Assembly: GCA_051294905.1 (NCBI GenBank)
Contig: CM119380.1
Location: 3,596,001-3,660,000, forward strand
Reading direction: 5' to 3'
Length of the DNA: 64,000 bases
DNA from: Botryllus schlosseri
Taxonomy: Eukaryota
Each line of letters starts with the position of its first letter. Within the stretch, counting starts at the first letter, position 1. Below the pieces are notes generated by a model. It saw nothing but the letters and a program-made list of their open reading frames with translations. It did no database searches and was not told where the DNA came from. A program made the translations under genes and the position numbers. Below, one piece after another: positions 24,393 to 36,964 of this stretch.

Positions 24393-25489
24393 ACTTGTAA
24401 CCCGCCTAAAAACCATACATTACCGAATAATGTCCTCTCAATAATGTATACGTACTCGACTTGAAAAGCCAGGGCTAATCGTGCACCTTCATTGTCCAGC
24501 GGGATCCTACGTCAAGTCACTACTCGTCAAGTCACTACTATCTTCTGGCATCCGTTTGCCCGTGCATCTTAATCGCTCAATTTGCAATAAGCGCTTTAGT
24601 GCTGTCAGAATAATATGACGAGCAGTATTTTCGACGGTTTGCGAGCGCTAGCTGAACAACACTTCCTTGGTCAGACACTTGAAAAAGTTGAAGCAATCGG
24701 CATCAAATCTGAGGAATCAGCAAGAGCAATCGGCATACGGTTACGTTGCGTACTTTCGACAGGAAGATCAGACGGATGACAGGGAAATGTAATAATTGAA
24801 TGGTCAGGCTGAGTGCACGTCGCTATTTATAGTGGCCGGCAAACCTGGTGCGAATCAAGGCGTGTTCAAGCACTCCAATCCAGTTGAGGGATGGCAAGCG
24901 TGTTTCCGCAGAAATCAGTATATCGCATCAATGTATGTATCATTGATCGCGTTTCGCGTATTCGCGGTCGCATCGAGCAAGGCATTGTGTATGTACGATG
25001 CTTTTCACTTCAAATTCCCTTCAGCTATAGGGTTACCATATTTTGGAATCGGGAAAGAAGGACACTTTCAAAATTTTTCGCAAATTTTTGGCTTAAATTC
25101 GAACCACGAATTTCCTGTGTAGCGTCCTCGGACGAGATTGTCAAAACCAGAAAAAGGAGGACAAATCCTTCTAAAGAAGAACGTATGGTAACCTCAATTC
25201 AGCAGCAATTTGTGTCACTGCTATACCGTGAGTGACTGGAAACCTGGTCAATGGTCATGCAGAGCGATATGGTTTGCTGAAATTTACCCCACATTTTGTC
25301 CCGGTTTGAGATAACTGACATGACTCTGGTGCATTATAAACTATAAATATGATAAGTGGCGTTTGAAACGGACGAATAAAATATAGCTAATAAAAATGTA
25401 TGAAAGATATGGCCAGTCTGGTTTAATTAACCAAATTCGGGAATTAAATCAGATTTAGCGATTTTCGACACCAGTTTTTGCGACTTATT

Positions 25490-25670
25490 TGTCCATCAGG
25501 AGTTGGCAACAGGCAACACTGTACGGTACTATAGTAGCAGCGCAATTTGTAACTAAACAGTTACACACGAAACAACACGCTCTATCCATCCGGAGTTGGC
25601 AACACTGTACGGTACTGTAGTAGCTGCGCAATTTGTAACTAAACAGTTGCACACACGAAACAACACGCAC
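25490..25670. repeat. About 90-bp tandem duplication
   Basis: ggagttggcaac...actgtacggtact.tagtagc.gcgcaatttgtaactaaacagtt.cacac..gaaacaacacgc twice. Confidence 0.8.
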
Positions 25671-25769
25671 TAACGAGAAATTTGTAGGTTATATATTTAT
25701 ATATATATATAGGTCTGCATAAAATAGGTTTGTCGAATTGAATAATATTGACTCCAACACTTTTAAATG

Positions 25770-26050
25770 AAACATAGATCTGCCACGCGCAATGACAGTG
25801 AACATATTACCATTATAGTGCGCTGTGCACAGGCAAGGTTTTCACTCAAGATGCTGACCAATTGGCGAAGCATATGCTTGGTAATCGTCATACCAGTCTG
25901 TTTTGGCGGCGGCACGGTGCGATCATTTGCGCATGTTTTTGACCGAATCAATTTAAGGATATGCTGCTTAATACGCTCAAACAATCTTTGAGATGTACGT
26001 CCTACATACCTACTATCACAGTGGCACTTGTATTGATAGTCAACATTACT
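25770..26050 (-). pseudogene. Penelope-like GIY-YIG endonuclease fragment
   Basis: YQYKCHCDSRYVGRTSQRLFERIKQH, followed by degenerate ...SENLACA. Confidence 0.75.
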
Positions 26051-27059
26051 TGCATCAAAGACAGGAAGTACTTGATGCAAGTACATCTTTTCGAGAGTTA
26101 AGTATTTTTGCGTCGTTCTCTTCATTTTTTCCTGGTCTTTTTGATCTTTTCTGGCTTTGCCTCCAGGTGCGAAGTGATTTATGTCCAACTTTCACTGATG
26201 CCTTAGTCTGCCGCTTTTCCGCTTTAGGAGCGTCCCGATCTTCAGACACTTTGCTCTTGCTTGCATGCTGCGACGGTATTTGGCGTTCAGCCTGTTTGAG
26301 CGAAGTGTGCTCAATTTCACCCTTTTTGACTTCAGCCTTTTCCAGTTCACCCATTTATATTGATTGTTCAAGAATCACTTTTCTCTGGTTGCCAGGGGTA
26401 GGATCATCGACATTTCTGTGGTTCTTTAAGACGACTAACTTCAATTTTGAAGAAGAAAAATGCCTTCTGTTATTGTGATCCTTCGCCACATGCATTTATA
26501 TCGTGTCCCCGCGTTCTCTAGTGGGCGTTGACTTTCCTGCCGAAGCAGAAGACGATAAATCACCCCAGACGTTGCTTGGTGTGTATGTCTGCTGGCCGAT
26601 TATGAGACTATTATAGCTGATGTCAACAACAATCCTCTTCTGATGTCAACAACAATCATCTTTATCGGTATTGAGGTATTCATTTCCATGAGGATTGAGA
26701 GACTCGGTAATCAAATTCCTCAGGCGCAATGGTAATCAAATGGTTTGAGGCAGCTAGCTAATGACTTGGCTTTGAGGCATTATCGTTTTTTTTTATTCTA
26801 ATTCCCACACATGCAAGATAATCCAGAATTATTTTCTGTAGCCTGTGATCATCCAACCCGTTCGGCACTGCCAGAACCTTTTTGCTCAACGTCTCCGCGT
26901 TGTATTGGTTTTCCTCTTCAAATCGACTGCAGAATGTTCCAATGTTCTTCGGTGAACGCAACGAATAGTTTGGCAATCTTGCGTTTTTATTGTCCTGGGA
27001 TTACTCCCATCCGGAAAAACGCTAAAACTGCGGATTGTATAGTTTAGCACCATACGTCC

Positions 27060-27713
27060 GATCAGGTTTTACAACGGTTTCTCTCGCTTTGTCGCCACGG
27101 TCGGCCATCCCAGTTCCAGCTTGCCACTTTCGCGGACGGCAAAGTCCTCTTCGAAACTGATTACGCGACCGACGAGGATCTGTCTTCCGTTCGGTCCTCG
27201 TATCCGGATCATTTGCTAATCGCTTTTACGAACGCTTCTGTGCGCAGATACAACCTTCTCGTCAGGGAGGAGATGTTTGCGGACGATTTACCCGAGCTGA
27301 ACGGAAGGTACCCCACGTGCGACGGTGTACCGGAACCGGTCTACGTCGGTATGCGGGTTGTCCTTACTGAGAATCGCCAGAAATCCAGATCTTACGTAAA
27401 CGGCCAGCGCGGTGTCGTCAAGTCTACCGTCGGCAAGACCGTTCTTGTCGAGATCCCGTCTGGAACTATTATTCGCGTATATCCTGTTCGATCCCCTAAA
27501 GGTGTTTACTATCCGTTCGCTCTCGCCTACGCCTCTACCATTCACAAGGTGCAGGGACAGACGTTGACAAAAGTGGTCGTGTGGTTCGATCGGACGCGTG
27601 TTCCACCGGGCTGCGCGTACGTGGCGTTGTCTCGAGTGAAGCGTTCGGAAGACATTCTGTTCATGGTGCCTCCGTTGACGTGTCATTTTGATAACGTTAC
27701 TTTTCTCGCTTAG
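27060..27713 (+). pseudogene. PIF1-family helicase C-terminal half (Helitron-like Rep/Hel remnant)
   Basis: IAFTN...RYN, GMRVVLTEN...YVNGQRGVV, PFALAYASTIHKVQGQTL, AYVALSRVK. The frame is open from about 27060; the N-terminal half is absent. Confidence 0.82.
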
Positions 27714-28199
27714 GCGGTTCCTTCTTCTTCGTTGCTCATGTTATCTTTTCGTTAGTTAGGTGATTCTCAATGCGTTCTCGGTACGTGCACGAGCCTCCAC
27801 GTTGCAGAATCGGTAACGCGTCATTGCGGCTAATACGTGCTTAAACCTGTTCCGTTGTTGTGATGTCGCTTACGTGAACTTTTTCTTTTCAGACGGAGAG
27901 GGGTTCAGGGCGCTGCGTCGGAGTCTCTGAGGTTCCTGTCGTTTGTCTTTCGGTCGCTGTCTTTCAATAAAATATGAACTCATTATACTGTTTGGTACCT
28001 TTGTCTTTTGCTTCGTCGTCGATAGCGTTGTCATGACAGTTACTTAGCTCTCGCCTGGTCTCGACTCCCATTGTAATCTTTCCGGTCTCGTCACGGTTTG
28101 AATGATAAGCGAATAAAAATGAGCCGCGGCTGGTCGCCGGAGCGACCTACCGCGACTTAGGATGAATCTTGAATCCGGTCGGTTCTGACTTATGCGCAG

Positions 28200-30120
28200 T
28201 CCGAAATGAATTGGCAAAAAAAAATTGACGAGCCGCCGAAGCGACTCGTCTTGAACGAAAGGAACAAATGCAACAAAAAACCAAATCAAACCATCACCCG
28301 AATTCAAAGTCTTTTCACGGCGGTTCGACATTATGTTTCGGCGCTTCCGCCGCTATCGCTGGAGCTGCTGCCAGTGCTATCGGACGTCGCGCTGGAGTTG
28401 ACGATGAGCATTTTACGAGGTTTGCCCGGCCTCACAGAAATTATTGCGCAGTCCCGCTATCATTTTGCGGGTTGGCGACCACCTCTTCCGCGTTCAGTAG
28501 CGCGTTTAGCCTTTCACGTTTGGCCTTTTCGTTGACCTTCATGCGCTCCATTTGCCGAGCGAAAAGCCTATCTTCGCGATCCGCGGCTTCTTTGTCCAGG
28601 CCGCAGTTTGTACAAAACCAGTTGTGCCTACAGGTCATATTTAGCTTTCTGCGAAAAACAAGATCTCATGTTATTCGTCAGTTTTTCCGTCGGCTCACAT
28701 TAGGCGGGCTTTTCGACGAGGCATTTGTCGACGTTCCGCGCCGGTCCAACCCTCGACCGGCGCCCATACTTTTAACCAGCTCACGGTATCTCGACGTCCG
28801 TAACGCCGCCACCTTTCGTAGGAGGGTCGTTTTCACCCGCGACCGCGGGATCCCACGTTACGCGCCCGTATTCGCTCAGGCGCCAAGACCACCCCCCTAT
28901 ACTAGTCCCTTCGTGGAAACCCTGGTGAGTTTTTTCGACTTTAACAAATTCGAAAAAGAGCACCGGCTCGACTTGGTCCGATCTCGAAAAAAACTTGGCG
29001 GTAAAAAGTCACCCGACCGGCCGCCGAACCTCGAGTGCGACCTCGAAGTCCAACTTTTTCGGACTTGGTCCGATTGAGAAAAAAAAATACCGAAAAAAAT
29101 GGCCCCGACGAACCGCCGAAGCGATTCGTCGAGACCCCAACTGAAACCGTCACCGACACCTTCACCATAACCGATATTTCATAATCCGCCCTATTGCGAT
29201 AACGCAAAGTCAATATCCGTGATGTGCTCGTCCAGCACTTGCCTGGCAAAATTGCGCATTTTTACCAGGACTTCTCGCAAACGGTTCCTGCAAAAAGATG
29301 CAAGTCGTTTATGCATTTCGAAGTTCTCCGCTCGCACTCACAGTTCCTCGACTTGAACTCGAATTCTATCTGCCAGGCAGACCTGGTGATAGTCGTTGTC
29401 CCAACTTGCCGCTTCTTCTTCGGCCGGGTCATGAACGTTATCTCTCGGCGTCCCACAATGGGAGCACACCCATTGGTGACTATGGTTATTGTTATCATTC
29501 ATTTTATTGCTGTAAACGCAAATTCATCGCGTTATGCGAGGCGGAACGATATAATCGAGCCGGGGTGGGGGCCGGGTAACCAACCCGCTCATGCGGTCCC
29601 CCACTATATTAGTTCTTTATTGGAAACCCAGGTGAGTTTTTTCTACTTTAACAAATTCGAAAAAGAGCACCGGCTCGACATGGTCCGATCTGGAATAAAA
29701 CTTGGCGGCAAAAAATAAACCCGACCGGCCGCAGAAGCTCGAGTGCGACCTCGAACTCCCACTTTTTCGGGCTTGGTCCGATATCGGAAAATACTTGGCC
29801 GAAAAAATAGACCCGACCGGCCGCCGAAGCTCGAGTGCGACCTCGAAGTCCGACTTTTTCGGACTTGGTCCGTTCTCGAAAAAAACTTGACGAAAAAAAA
29901 GATACTCGACAGGCCGCCGAAGCGACCAGCCGAGATTCGATCAACAGTTTTCGGTCAAAGTTCGCGGGCCACCTACTCCCGTCCAATAGCCATCCCATGG
30001 CAAGATAAGTCAGTGGTTGCACGGAAACGGCGGGAACTCGCGATAGCCAGGACTAATATTGACGTACATTGGCCCGGTGACGTTTACTATCCTTTTCCTC
30101 GCGGTGGATGGCGGTAACCG
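28200..30120. mobile_element. GC-rich modular repeat region, possibly tandem Helitron-like units
   Basis: A shared block (ccccctatactagtcc...ggaaaccc.ggtgagtttt...ccgaccggccgc.gaa.ctcgagtgcgacctcgaa) occurs at 28890-29130 and 29595-29925, separated by unique sequence. Each CTAG/TTAG is preceded by a GC hairpin. Confidence 0.5.
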
Positions 30121-30259
30121 CATTTCAATTCTGAGCAGTCTCACCTCAGAATTGATTCTGTGTAATTACATTCTTCAGAATATACAAATACGGCAGTAGT
30201 TAGCATAATCGGTCGTGATGTGGCAGGGGGCTCTTGTCGTGCGGCGGCGTGTCGTATGG

Positions 30260-30470
30260 AAAACCCCCGGTGGCAAGTCGTGCTTTCAGACCCCCCCTCT
30301 CGGTGGCATGTCGTACTGTCAGGTATTAGGTTGCGGTGGCATGTCGTATTGAAAACTTCAGGTGTAGGTTGCGGTGGCATGTCGTATTGAAAACTTCTGG
30401 TGACAAGTCGTACTTTCGGGTATAGGCTGCGTTGGTGTGTCGTACCCGTCTTCAGGTATAGGCTGCGGTC
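30260..30470. repeat. Degenerate ~33-35 bp minisatellite (core GGTGGCATGTCGTA)
   Basis: At least five recurrences of ggtggca(t/a)gtcgt and related motifs. Confidence 0.75.
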
Positions 30471-30944
30471 ATGAGATCCTTACTTAAATGTCCGATTCGA
30501 GTTAATCCTAATGGTTACGGTGACTGTGACACAATATATCATTATTCTTATGGAACCGGTCGCATGTTAACGTAGCTGATATAGACGCGGCGGCGTGGTA
30601 GCGTTACAGGTATAGGAATCGCTCACATGGTTACAGGTATAGGAATCGCTCACATGGTTCTAACACCGAGTTCATTCGTAACAAACGATCGATCGTGTTC
30701 TCTTTGAGTCTTTTCATGCTGTCAATTGATTCGTGCGTAACCTGAATAATTCCAACTTTCAGCTCGGATTATTCGCACCATAAATACCGCTGTTTCGCAC
30801 CTACAGAATAGTCTGCTGTTCACAGTCGCGACAAGAACCACAAGTATACACTTTTACACATTCATTTGTATTTACTACTCTGAAATCAAACTCTTCACAA
30901 AAGCACGCACGCACAATCGTATCATTAACTTCCTTATAGCATTC

Positions 30945-31250
30945 CTTGTAGCACGGCCCACTTCTAAGCTTTTTGTAAGACACAGCTTACGTGGATGAGG
31001 CGGCGAAGAGGAACCTAGATAAACCTCCAACACTTAGGTAGGAATTCCGAAGTCGACTTTTTTTTTTGGGGGGGGGGGGTATTCATGGTGTTTGTCGACT
31101 ACTATGATCATTTACACCAGGCCGATATTCTTCTTATTTTCCGTAACTGCCGACTTATAGCACGGCCCACCTCTAGGCTTTTGTAAGACACCGCTGACGC
31201 GGTTCAGACTCGAACCGGCAACGCATTGGTGTTGCAGCCGTGGATTATAC
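30945..31250 (-). mobile_element. tRNA-derived SINE (family A), one copy plus an adjacent partial copy
   Basis: Minus strand GGCGAGATAGCGCAGTGGTATAATCC...CCGGTTCGAGTC head. The body matches 1-120. Confidence 0.7.
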
Positions 31251-32304
31251 CACTGCGCTATCTCGCCACACAATTACCTACCTGTAGAGCTGGGGCAACG
31301 TAATTCATAATTTTGACCTCTGGTTTCTTGTTATAATTACTTTAGTGTATGCTCTTAATTTGTGACCTCCGGTTTATTACATAATCAAAAGATATTGTAG
31401 TGGCTAAAACGTAGCAGACTAAAAGAAAAACTTTCGTGAGACGTATATAAACAAATTGTCATGTCTTTATATCTGACTGCATGTCTAGCAACTCAAGCTG
31501 TAAATTACTATAGAGTCAGTGGCCACATTAACTACAATAGGACTTGAAAACATTTTCATCGTGGTTAAAAAAGCATTCAGTCAATGCGGCCGTTGAACTT
31601 AACAACCAAGTCAAATAATCCATTGGTTTGCTGGTCAGATAGCGTTGTAAAACGTGTTGTAACACCACCTGCACTTAAATAAGTCTGGTGATGAGCAGAC
31701 TTAAATTTGAGTGCCGATCCAGACGCATTCGAGTGTGAGCATACTTTTTGCCGTGAGTGGAATAACAAAATCGTTACTGAGTAGAGAATCGCTACTCGAA
31801 ACCAAAGGAATTGGTCTTCACCCTAAATTATAAACTCCAGATTCCAAGCAAAGCAAGTGAAATTTTTGAATATCAATTTCTTTTGTTATAGATTGATTTT
31901 TTATTATTTTTGTTGGATTTTCCAACGTCAAGGGAAGCCGCAAGTTGGTTAGCTGAGAGCCACATGCGGCTCTCGGACCCGCGGTTGGCAATCATTGATC
32001 TAGAGAGGATTTTCAAGTTAATTAGATCTCTCGAAAATACTCTATAACTTATGTTGGTTTACGAAATACTTTTTGAGTCCCCTTCGAGCTCGCTCTCCAC
32101 CCTATTGGGAAATTTGGGATGCGGCAGTTATGGCCCTGACAAGAATGCAAATCGTTGGGCGCGATAAATTGACCTCTATGAAAACCGGCAATTGATACAT
32201 TATGACGTAACAAACAAATGACGCATCTTTTTTAAAGGGAGTTTGTTATCTCATTAGGCTTTTTCAGCGCAATCCATATATTGTCTTCCAACATAGCTTC
32301 TAAG

Positions 32305-33564
32305 CAGGGCTTTGGAGCCGGAGCCCGGAGCCGGAGCCCCGGAGCCGTGCATTTTCACCGGAGCTGGAGCCGGAGCCGGAGCTCTACATAAAATTCAGCC
32401 GGAGCCGGAGCTGGAGCCCGTTATTTGAGGAGTAGCTCCGGCTCTGACCTATTTCATAAGATGCTATTATATATGCAACAACCACATCTGCTGATTTATC
32501 ATAATGTGAACAGCAGGCCTGAATTTTCATGCTGTGAACAGCAATGGCATATAGAGTAGAGTACGTTTTAGTGCAACTATGATATTGTCGACAATTGACA
32601 AGTATTCATTACGACGTCAAAAGCCGGCACGGCGGCCACCTACATGTCTTCGTTGCTACATCGGATGTTACTGACAGCTGACAGATTCTAGATTACTATA
32701 GATAACAACTAACCTATGGGTAGATTAGTTATCTATATAGACCAGGAATGGCCAACCTTTTTAGTTGAAGGGACACATGCAATTGATGAACGAGTGCACG
32801 GTCCTATAGCCGCGCCAAGCGGGTAAAATAAAGTTTATAAATAAACGAGGTCAATAATATTACTTGAGTATATTGCGGGTCTATTGTATACCGCCCGCTA
32901 GGCTCAGTTTGCAAGGACACGACTATTCGGCGTCTGGCCACATCGATATCGAAGGTCTCCTATAATATGCGACAATCATTTTGTGCCTACATTTCACCGT
33001 CGACGATCTTCATGCGAGCGCAAACGCGAAAAGATTTTCTCCCGTAATTGCGAATACAGTTAGACTCAATCGGGTAAATTAGGCGTTTTTTCATTTTCAG
33101 TACGGGGTAGGCTACCAAGCAAGAACTCGTGTGACAATTAAACACGCGAAGCGTGAAGAAGAATTTCGCTACTATTTTAGTGTACCACGATTTACTGAAA
33201 ATGTGACTGGTCCCTGGATCTGCCAATGCGTTGGAACTGATATTTTAGTCCTCAACATCCCAAGTGTCGCAGCCAGAATTGTAATTTTTGGTTGGCATTG
33301 CAAGTTCACAATCGGAGCAATTTATTTTCGATAATTTAATAGGAAATTACCTCGCGGGCCACGCAAAACCCTCTCGCGGGCCACATTTGCCCCGCGGGTT
33401 GGTTACCCCTGATATAGACGGACCCATTTGATAATTTCAGAGCCGGAGCCGGAGCAGTGGTAATATTGCAGCTCCGGAGCTGGAGCCGGAGCTAATGTAT
33501 GATGGAAGACAGCTCCGGAGCCGGAGCTGGAGCAGTTTAAATTTACGGCTGCTCCAAAGCCCTG
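32305..33564. mobile_element. Non-autonomous hAT element with (GGAGCC)n subterminal repeats
   Basis: TIR CAGGGCTTTGGAGC...GCTCCAAAGCCCTG; 8-bp TSD CTTCTAAG (32297-32304 / 33565-33572). Confidence 0.9.
32743..33411. mobile_element. hAT MITE nested in the previous element
   Basis: Imperfect TIR CAGGAATGGCCAACC...GGTTGGTTACCCCTG; 8-bp TSD ATATAGAC (32735-32742 / 33412-33419). Confidence 0.88.
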
Positions 33565-33614
33565 CTTCTAAGATGCTACGGCTGCTCCAAAGCCCTGCTT
33601 CTAAGATGCAAGAT

Positions 33615-33770
33615 AAATGTAATCGTGAGTAATCGTGATTACTTTTCCAATGTAATCGTAATCGTAATCGACTATTTGCTGATTTTGCTATAATCGTAAT
33701 CGTAATCGCGTCGTTCAGAAGTAATCGTAATCGCAATCGATTACATTCATGAAGTAATCACCCCATGTCT
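33615..33770. repeat. (GTAATC)n-rich MITE end fragment
   Basis: Clustered gtaatc/gattac repeats ending at ...ccccatgtctgg. Confidence 0.5.
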
Positions 33771-34654
33771 GGTTCCAGGACACACAATGCTGACAGCATC
33801 ATAAGTCATAACAATGTTAGCTTCAAACACGCTTCTACTATATGTGTAGATAAAATATAAACACCCTAATTCTACGCATACAGAGAACGAATTTACCTAA
33901 TTAAGACACGCGCGAGCACATCACTGAAATAATTGAAACTGGAGTGGCCCATCTGAAATCACACTCGTGATCCGAATTATGTCAATGTCGTGTAGGATTT
34001 CTGTGATGTTTATTTAGCAGTTGAAACCTTTCAAACTGCGTGGGCCTTGAGAGCGGGCTGTCGCGCCAGAAATTAAACATAAGAAATAATATAGAAAGTA
34101 TTTGAATTAAAGAAATAATATACGCCCCCCTTATGATGGTGAAAGATTTCGCGGCCCACTTATCGTCATATCACAAAACGCTACCAGGATGCTAGCAAAC
34201 AGAGCGGATAGTTTGATGGCATGGAAGGTTACGACGACAGTGGATGAAATATTTTTCAATATGAAATTCAGACTAAATACAGAGCAACAATTTGAATTGG
34301 GGATGTAAATCGCGCGAAGCGCGAAAAAAAATTACAGTTGAGCTCAGCTTCGCGACCCCCTTCAGATGGGAGCGCGCACCCCAGTTTGAGAACCACTGCC
34401 TTAGAATTATCATGGTGAAATATACTAACAAAAAATTTAATCACGTCCCTGCATTAAATCGATTTTTAGTAGGCTACGCTTTTATCAATATTTTTAATAA
34501 GTTTCTTTAGACTCTCGCGGGCCGCACAAAACGGTGTTGCGGGCCGTAGTTTGCCCACCCCTGTTCTAGACTGTTCGGAAAAATTCGAGTGGGTCTTTTT
34601 GATCAACTCACCCGGGGTGGTGTTTTTGTAAGGTCTTTTCGTGTAACATATATA

Positions 34655-35183
34655 GTATTTGTTTGCTGCAAGAAGAACATCCATAGATCCAGCGACATCT
34701 TTATAAAAACCTTGACCTTGCACAAAATTCTCCGAGGCGCCGAGTGTATCATTCAACAACCGAGAGATAAGCTTTGTGGGCATGGCAATTAGCTTTGTGG
34801 GCATGGCAATTATCCGAATTTGTGATAACCTCGTTTAAAATAGTTACATCGATTTGTTTAAAAAGAGAGAATCCATCATGTTATTGGCCGTTTAAGTGGT
34901 TTTATTCAAGTATATACATAAAAATATCAATAATTTATTGACCTTGCGCATCATTTGCTAAATCAGTTCCATCGCGTTTAGTAAGCTTCAAACGTAATAT
35001 GAAGAATGTACATCCCTATATCGATCTGTCTTTGGTAATTGTACTTCCATGACATTACCTAAACTATGAAGTTTGACGACGACATATTGCGATTCCCCAA
35101 TACTGGTTTGATTGAGTGTGGGGTATATACTAAATGTTTAATCCGGTGTTATGACATTCTCTGGAACCCGCGTGCATCAACAT
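34655..35183 (-). pseudogene. Polinton/adintovirus major capsid protein, N-terminal relic
   Basis: From ATG 35183: MLMHAGSREC...NQTSI...DRYRDVHSS...LKLTKRDGTDLANDAQ...SLFKQIDV...LLN...FYKDVAGSMD...AAN, read across frameshifts. This matches my recall of adintovirus MCP N-terminal motifs. Confidence 0.72.
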
Positions 35184-35188
35184 AGCTC

Positions 35189-35520
35189 TTAGTCGAATAT
35201 ATCCTGTTGTTTGCGACGACGTTTGGATAAGGTGTTCTTTGACTTTGGTTTTTTCCTTTTTATAGCCTTGAGGGGTTGCAATTTTATCAATCACTCGACC
35301 GCCAGCTTGGTTACTTCTGATAACACTAGACTTATCGAATTACCCGGCAACAGATCTCGCGCTATTTCACCCCTGGTCCGTAACAATTGACCACCGGTGT
35401 ATTTCGCAATAGGTGTGACTAAACGACCAGTGATTTAAACAAACTCCCAATACCGGAACCGGCTTGGAACTCCACCACTAAAATATCCATAGCCATCGCC
35501 TGTCTGGTTATAATGACGAT
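35189..35520 (-). pseudogene. Polinton/adintovirus small basic protein upstream of the MCP
   Basis: YNQTGDGYGYFSGG...QAGSGIGSLFKSL...KRRRKQQDIFD*; its stop lies 5 nt before the MCP ATG. Confidence 0.62.
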
Positions 35521-36419
35521 GGACAGAATAATGATCACATTTGATGTAGCTTGCAATGAATGATTTCTTATACTCATCTCTGAGGTAAAGACAATACTCA
35601 TCTCTGAGGTAAAGACAGTATTCCAACATCTTTTGAAACAGGAAAATGATATGGACTCGTCGCTATCCAATTATGAGCGGTCTCGTCGGAATCTGTGCGT
35701 CTTTTGAAACAGGAAAATGATATGGACTTGTCGCTATCCAATTATGAGCGGTCTCGTCGGAATCTGTGCGTGATAACTCGTAGGAAATTCGCTAACGTGT
35801 CACCTTGTAAGTGATGGTGAATAGTACACAAACAAGCAGCGACCAATCGTTGGCGCAGTTGAAGTGAAATCGATCTACATGAGGGCTAATTCGCAATTTT
35901 CTTGAAAGTGTCCTCGGAGGACGCCCTTTTGTCCTCTTGCCGCAAATTAGCACAGAAGTGACGCCCCGGAGGGTATTTTGGAGTGAAAAACGGCGATTTT
36001 AGAGCTCTTTTTTTTAGTCATCCAACTGGCTTTTTTTAGTCATCCAACTGGCAATGTGGAGAGAATAACGGTATTTTGAGATCTGAGCGGAAAGATAACC
36101 TTTTTTTTAGTCGGGGAAATATTCACCAGTTTTTGAGAATTCTTCTCCGGTTTTGCAGGTCTGAAATTTCTGAAAAAGTGTCCTCTTAGATTTCCAAAAT
36201 ATGGTAAGCCTACAATACACCCGAATGGATGGACCAATTCCATCATTTGTTGTTTATTGGAAACGCGATAAAGTGCATGTGTTTATATATCAACAAGGTT
36301 GGGAATATCCACTGTTGTAGTCATCTTGTTCTAGTGGAATATATAATCCCAGTAGAGTTCCATTCAACAATTTTCCACGTGTTATGAATCTTCATCTGTC
36401 CCTCGTAATTTCGTCAGTA

Positions 36420-36964
36420 AGCCCATTTACATGGTCAAGTCGTCTTGGAGTGACGTCATGAGACGGCTTGCCAAAGTGATCGAGTTTACATGGTCATGTT
36501 CATCGCAGCTCGAGTGATACACAGCACTTTGGGATTCAGCTCGGGAATATGCTACGGCAGTTGAGATATCCAGAAATACTTCAACACAATTCTAGAATTA
36601 CCAAATGCACCGTGTATATATATATCTTTCTGATAGTGATGGGCAAGTTATATTGACGCTGAACAAATAAGACCACCTGCATATTATAAAAGCAGTATCA
36701 TGTACTGATAAAGAGCTTTCATATTCACCCAGTTGAAATACGTGCCGGTTTCGTGAAATATGAACATGAAATGTTGGTATGTTGCTGTAGTCCGGATTCG
36801 TTTTCAAGTACCGGTGCTGTTCAAGTCGTCTCCAAGCGACTCTGCGGAACGGATTGAGCTCCAGACGGATTGAAGCCGTCTGCCTTTTTCTCTTTTCCAA
36901 AAACGAGAGAGTCGGATTGACGAGTCAGCTTCGAAGCTGACCCAAACGGCCATGTAAATGGGCT
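36420..36964. mobile_element. TA-flanked MITE
   Basis: TA|AGCCCATTTACATGG...CCATGTAAATGGGCT|TA inverted termini. Confidence 0.75.

Noticed and set aside
28268-29077. 269-aa plus-strand ORF
   Set aside because: Runs through repeat blocks and antisense to smaller ORFs; low-complexity, no motifs.
31195-31250. Functional tRNA gene
   Set aside because: No clean acceptor stem or T-run terminator, and it is fused to a repeated SINE body.
36598-36900. Peptide resembling a Helitron-associated motif (YLKTNPDYSNI) inside a MITE
   Set aside because: The similarity is too short to support.
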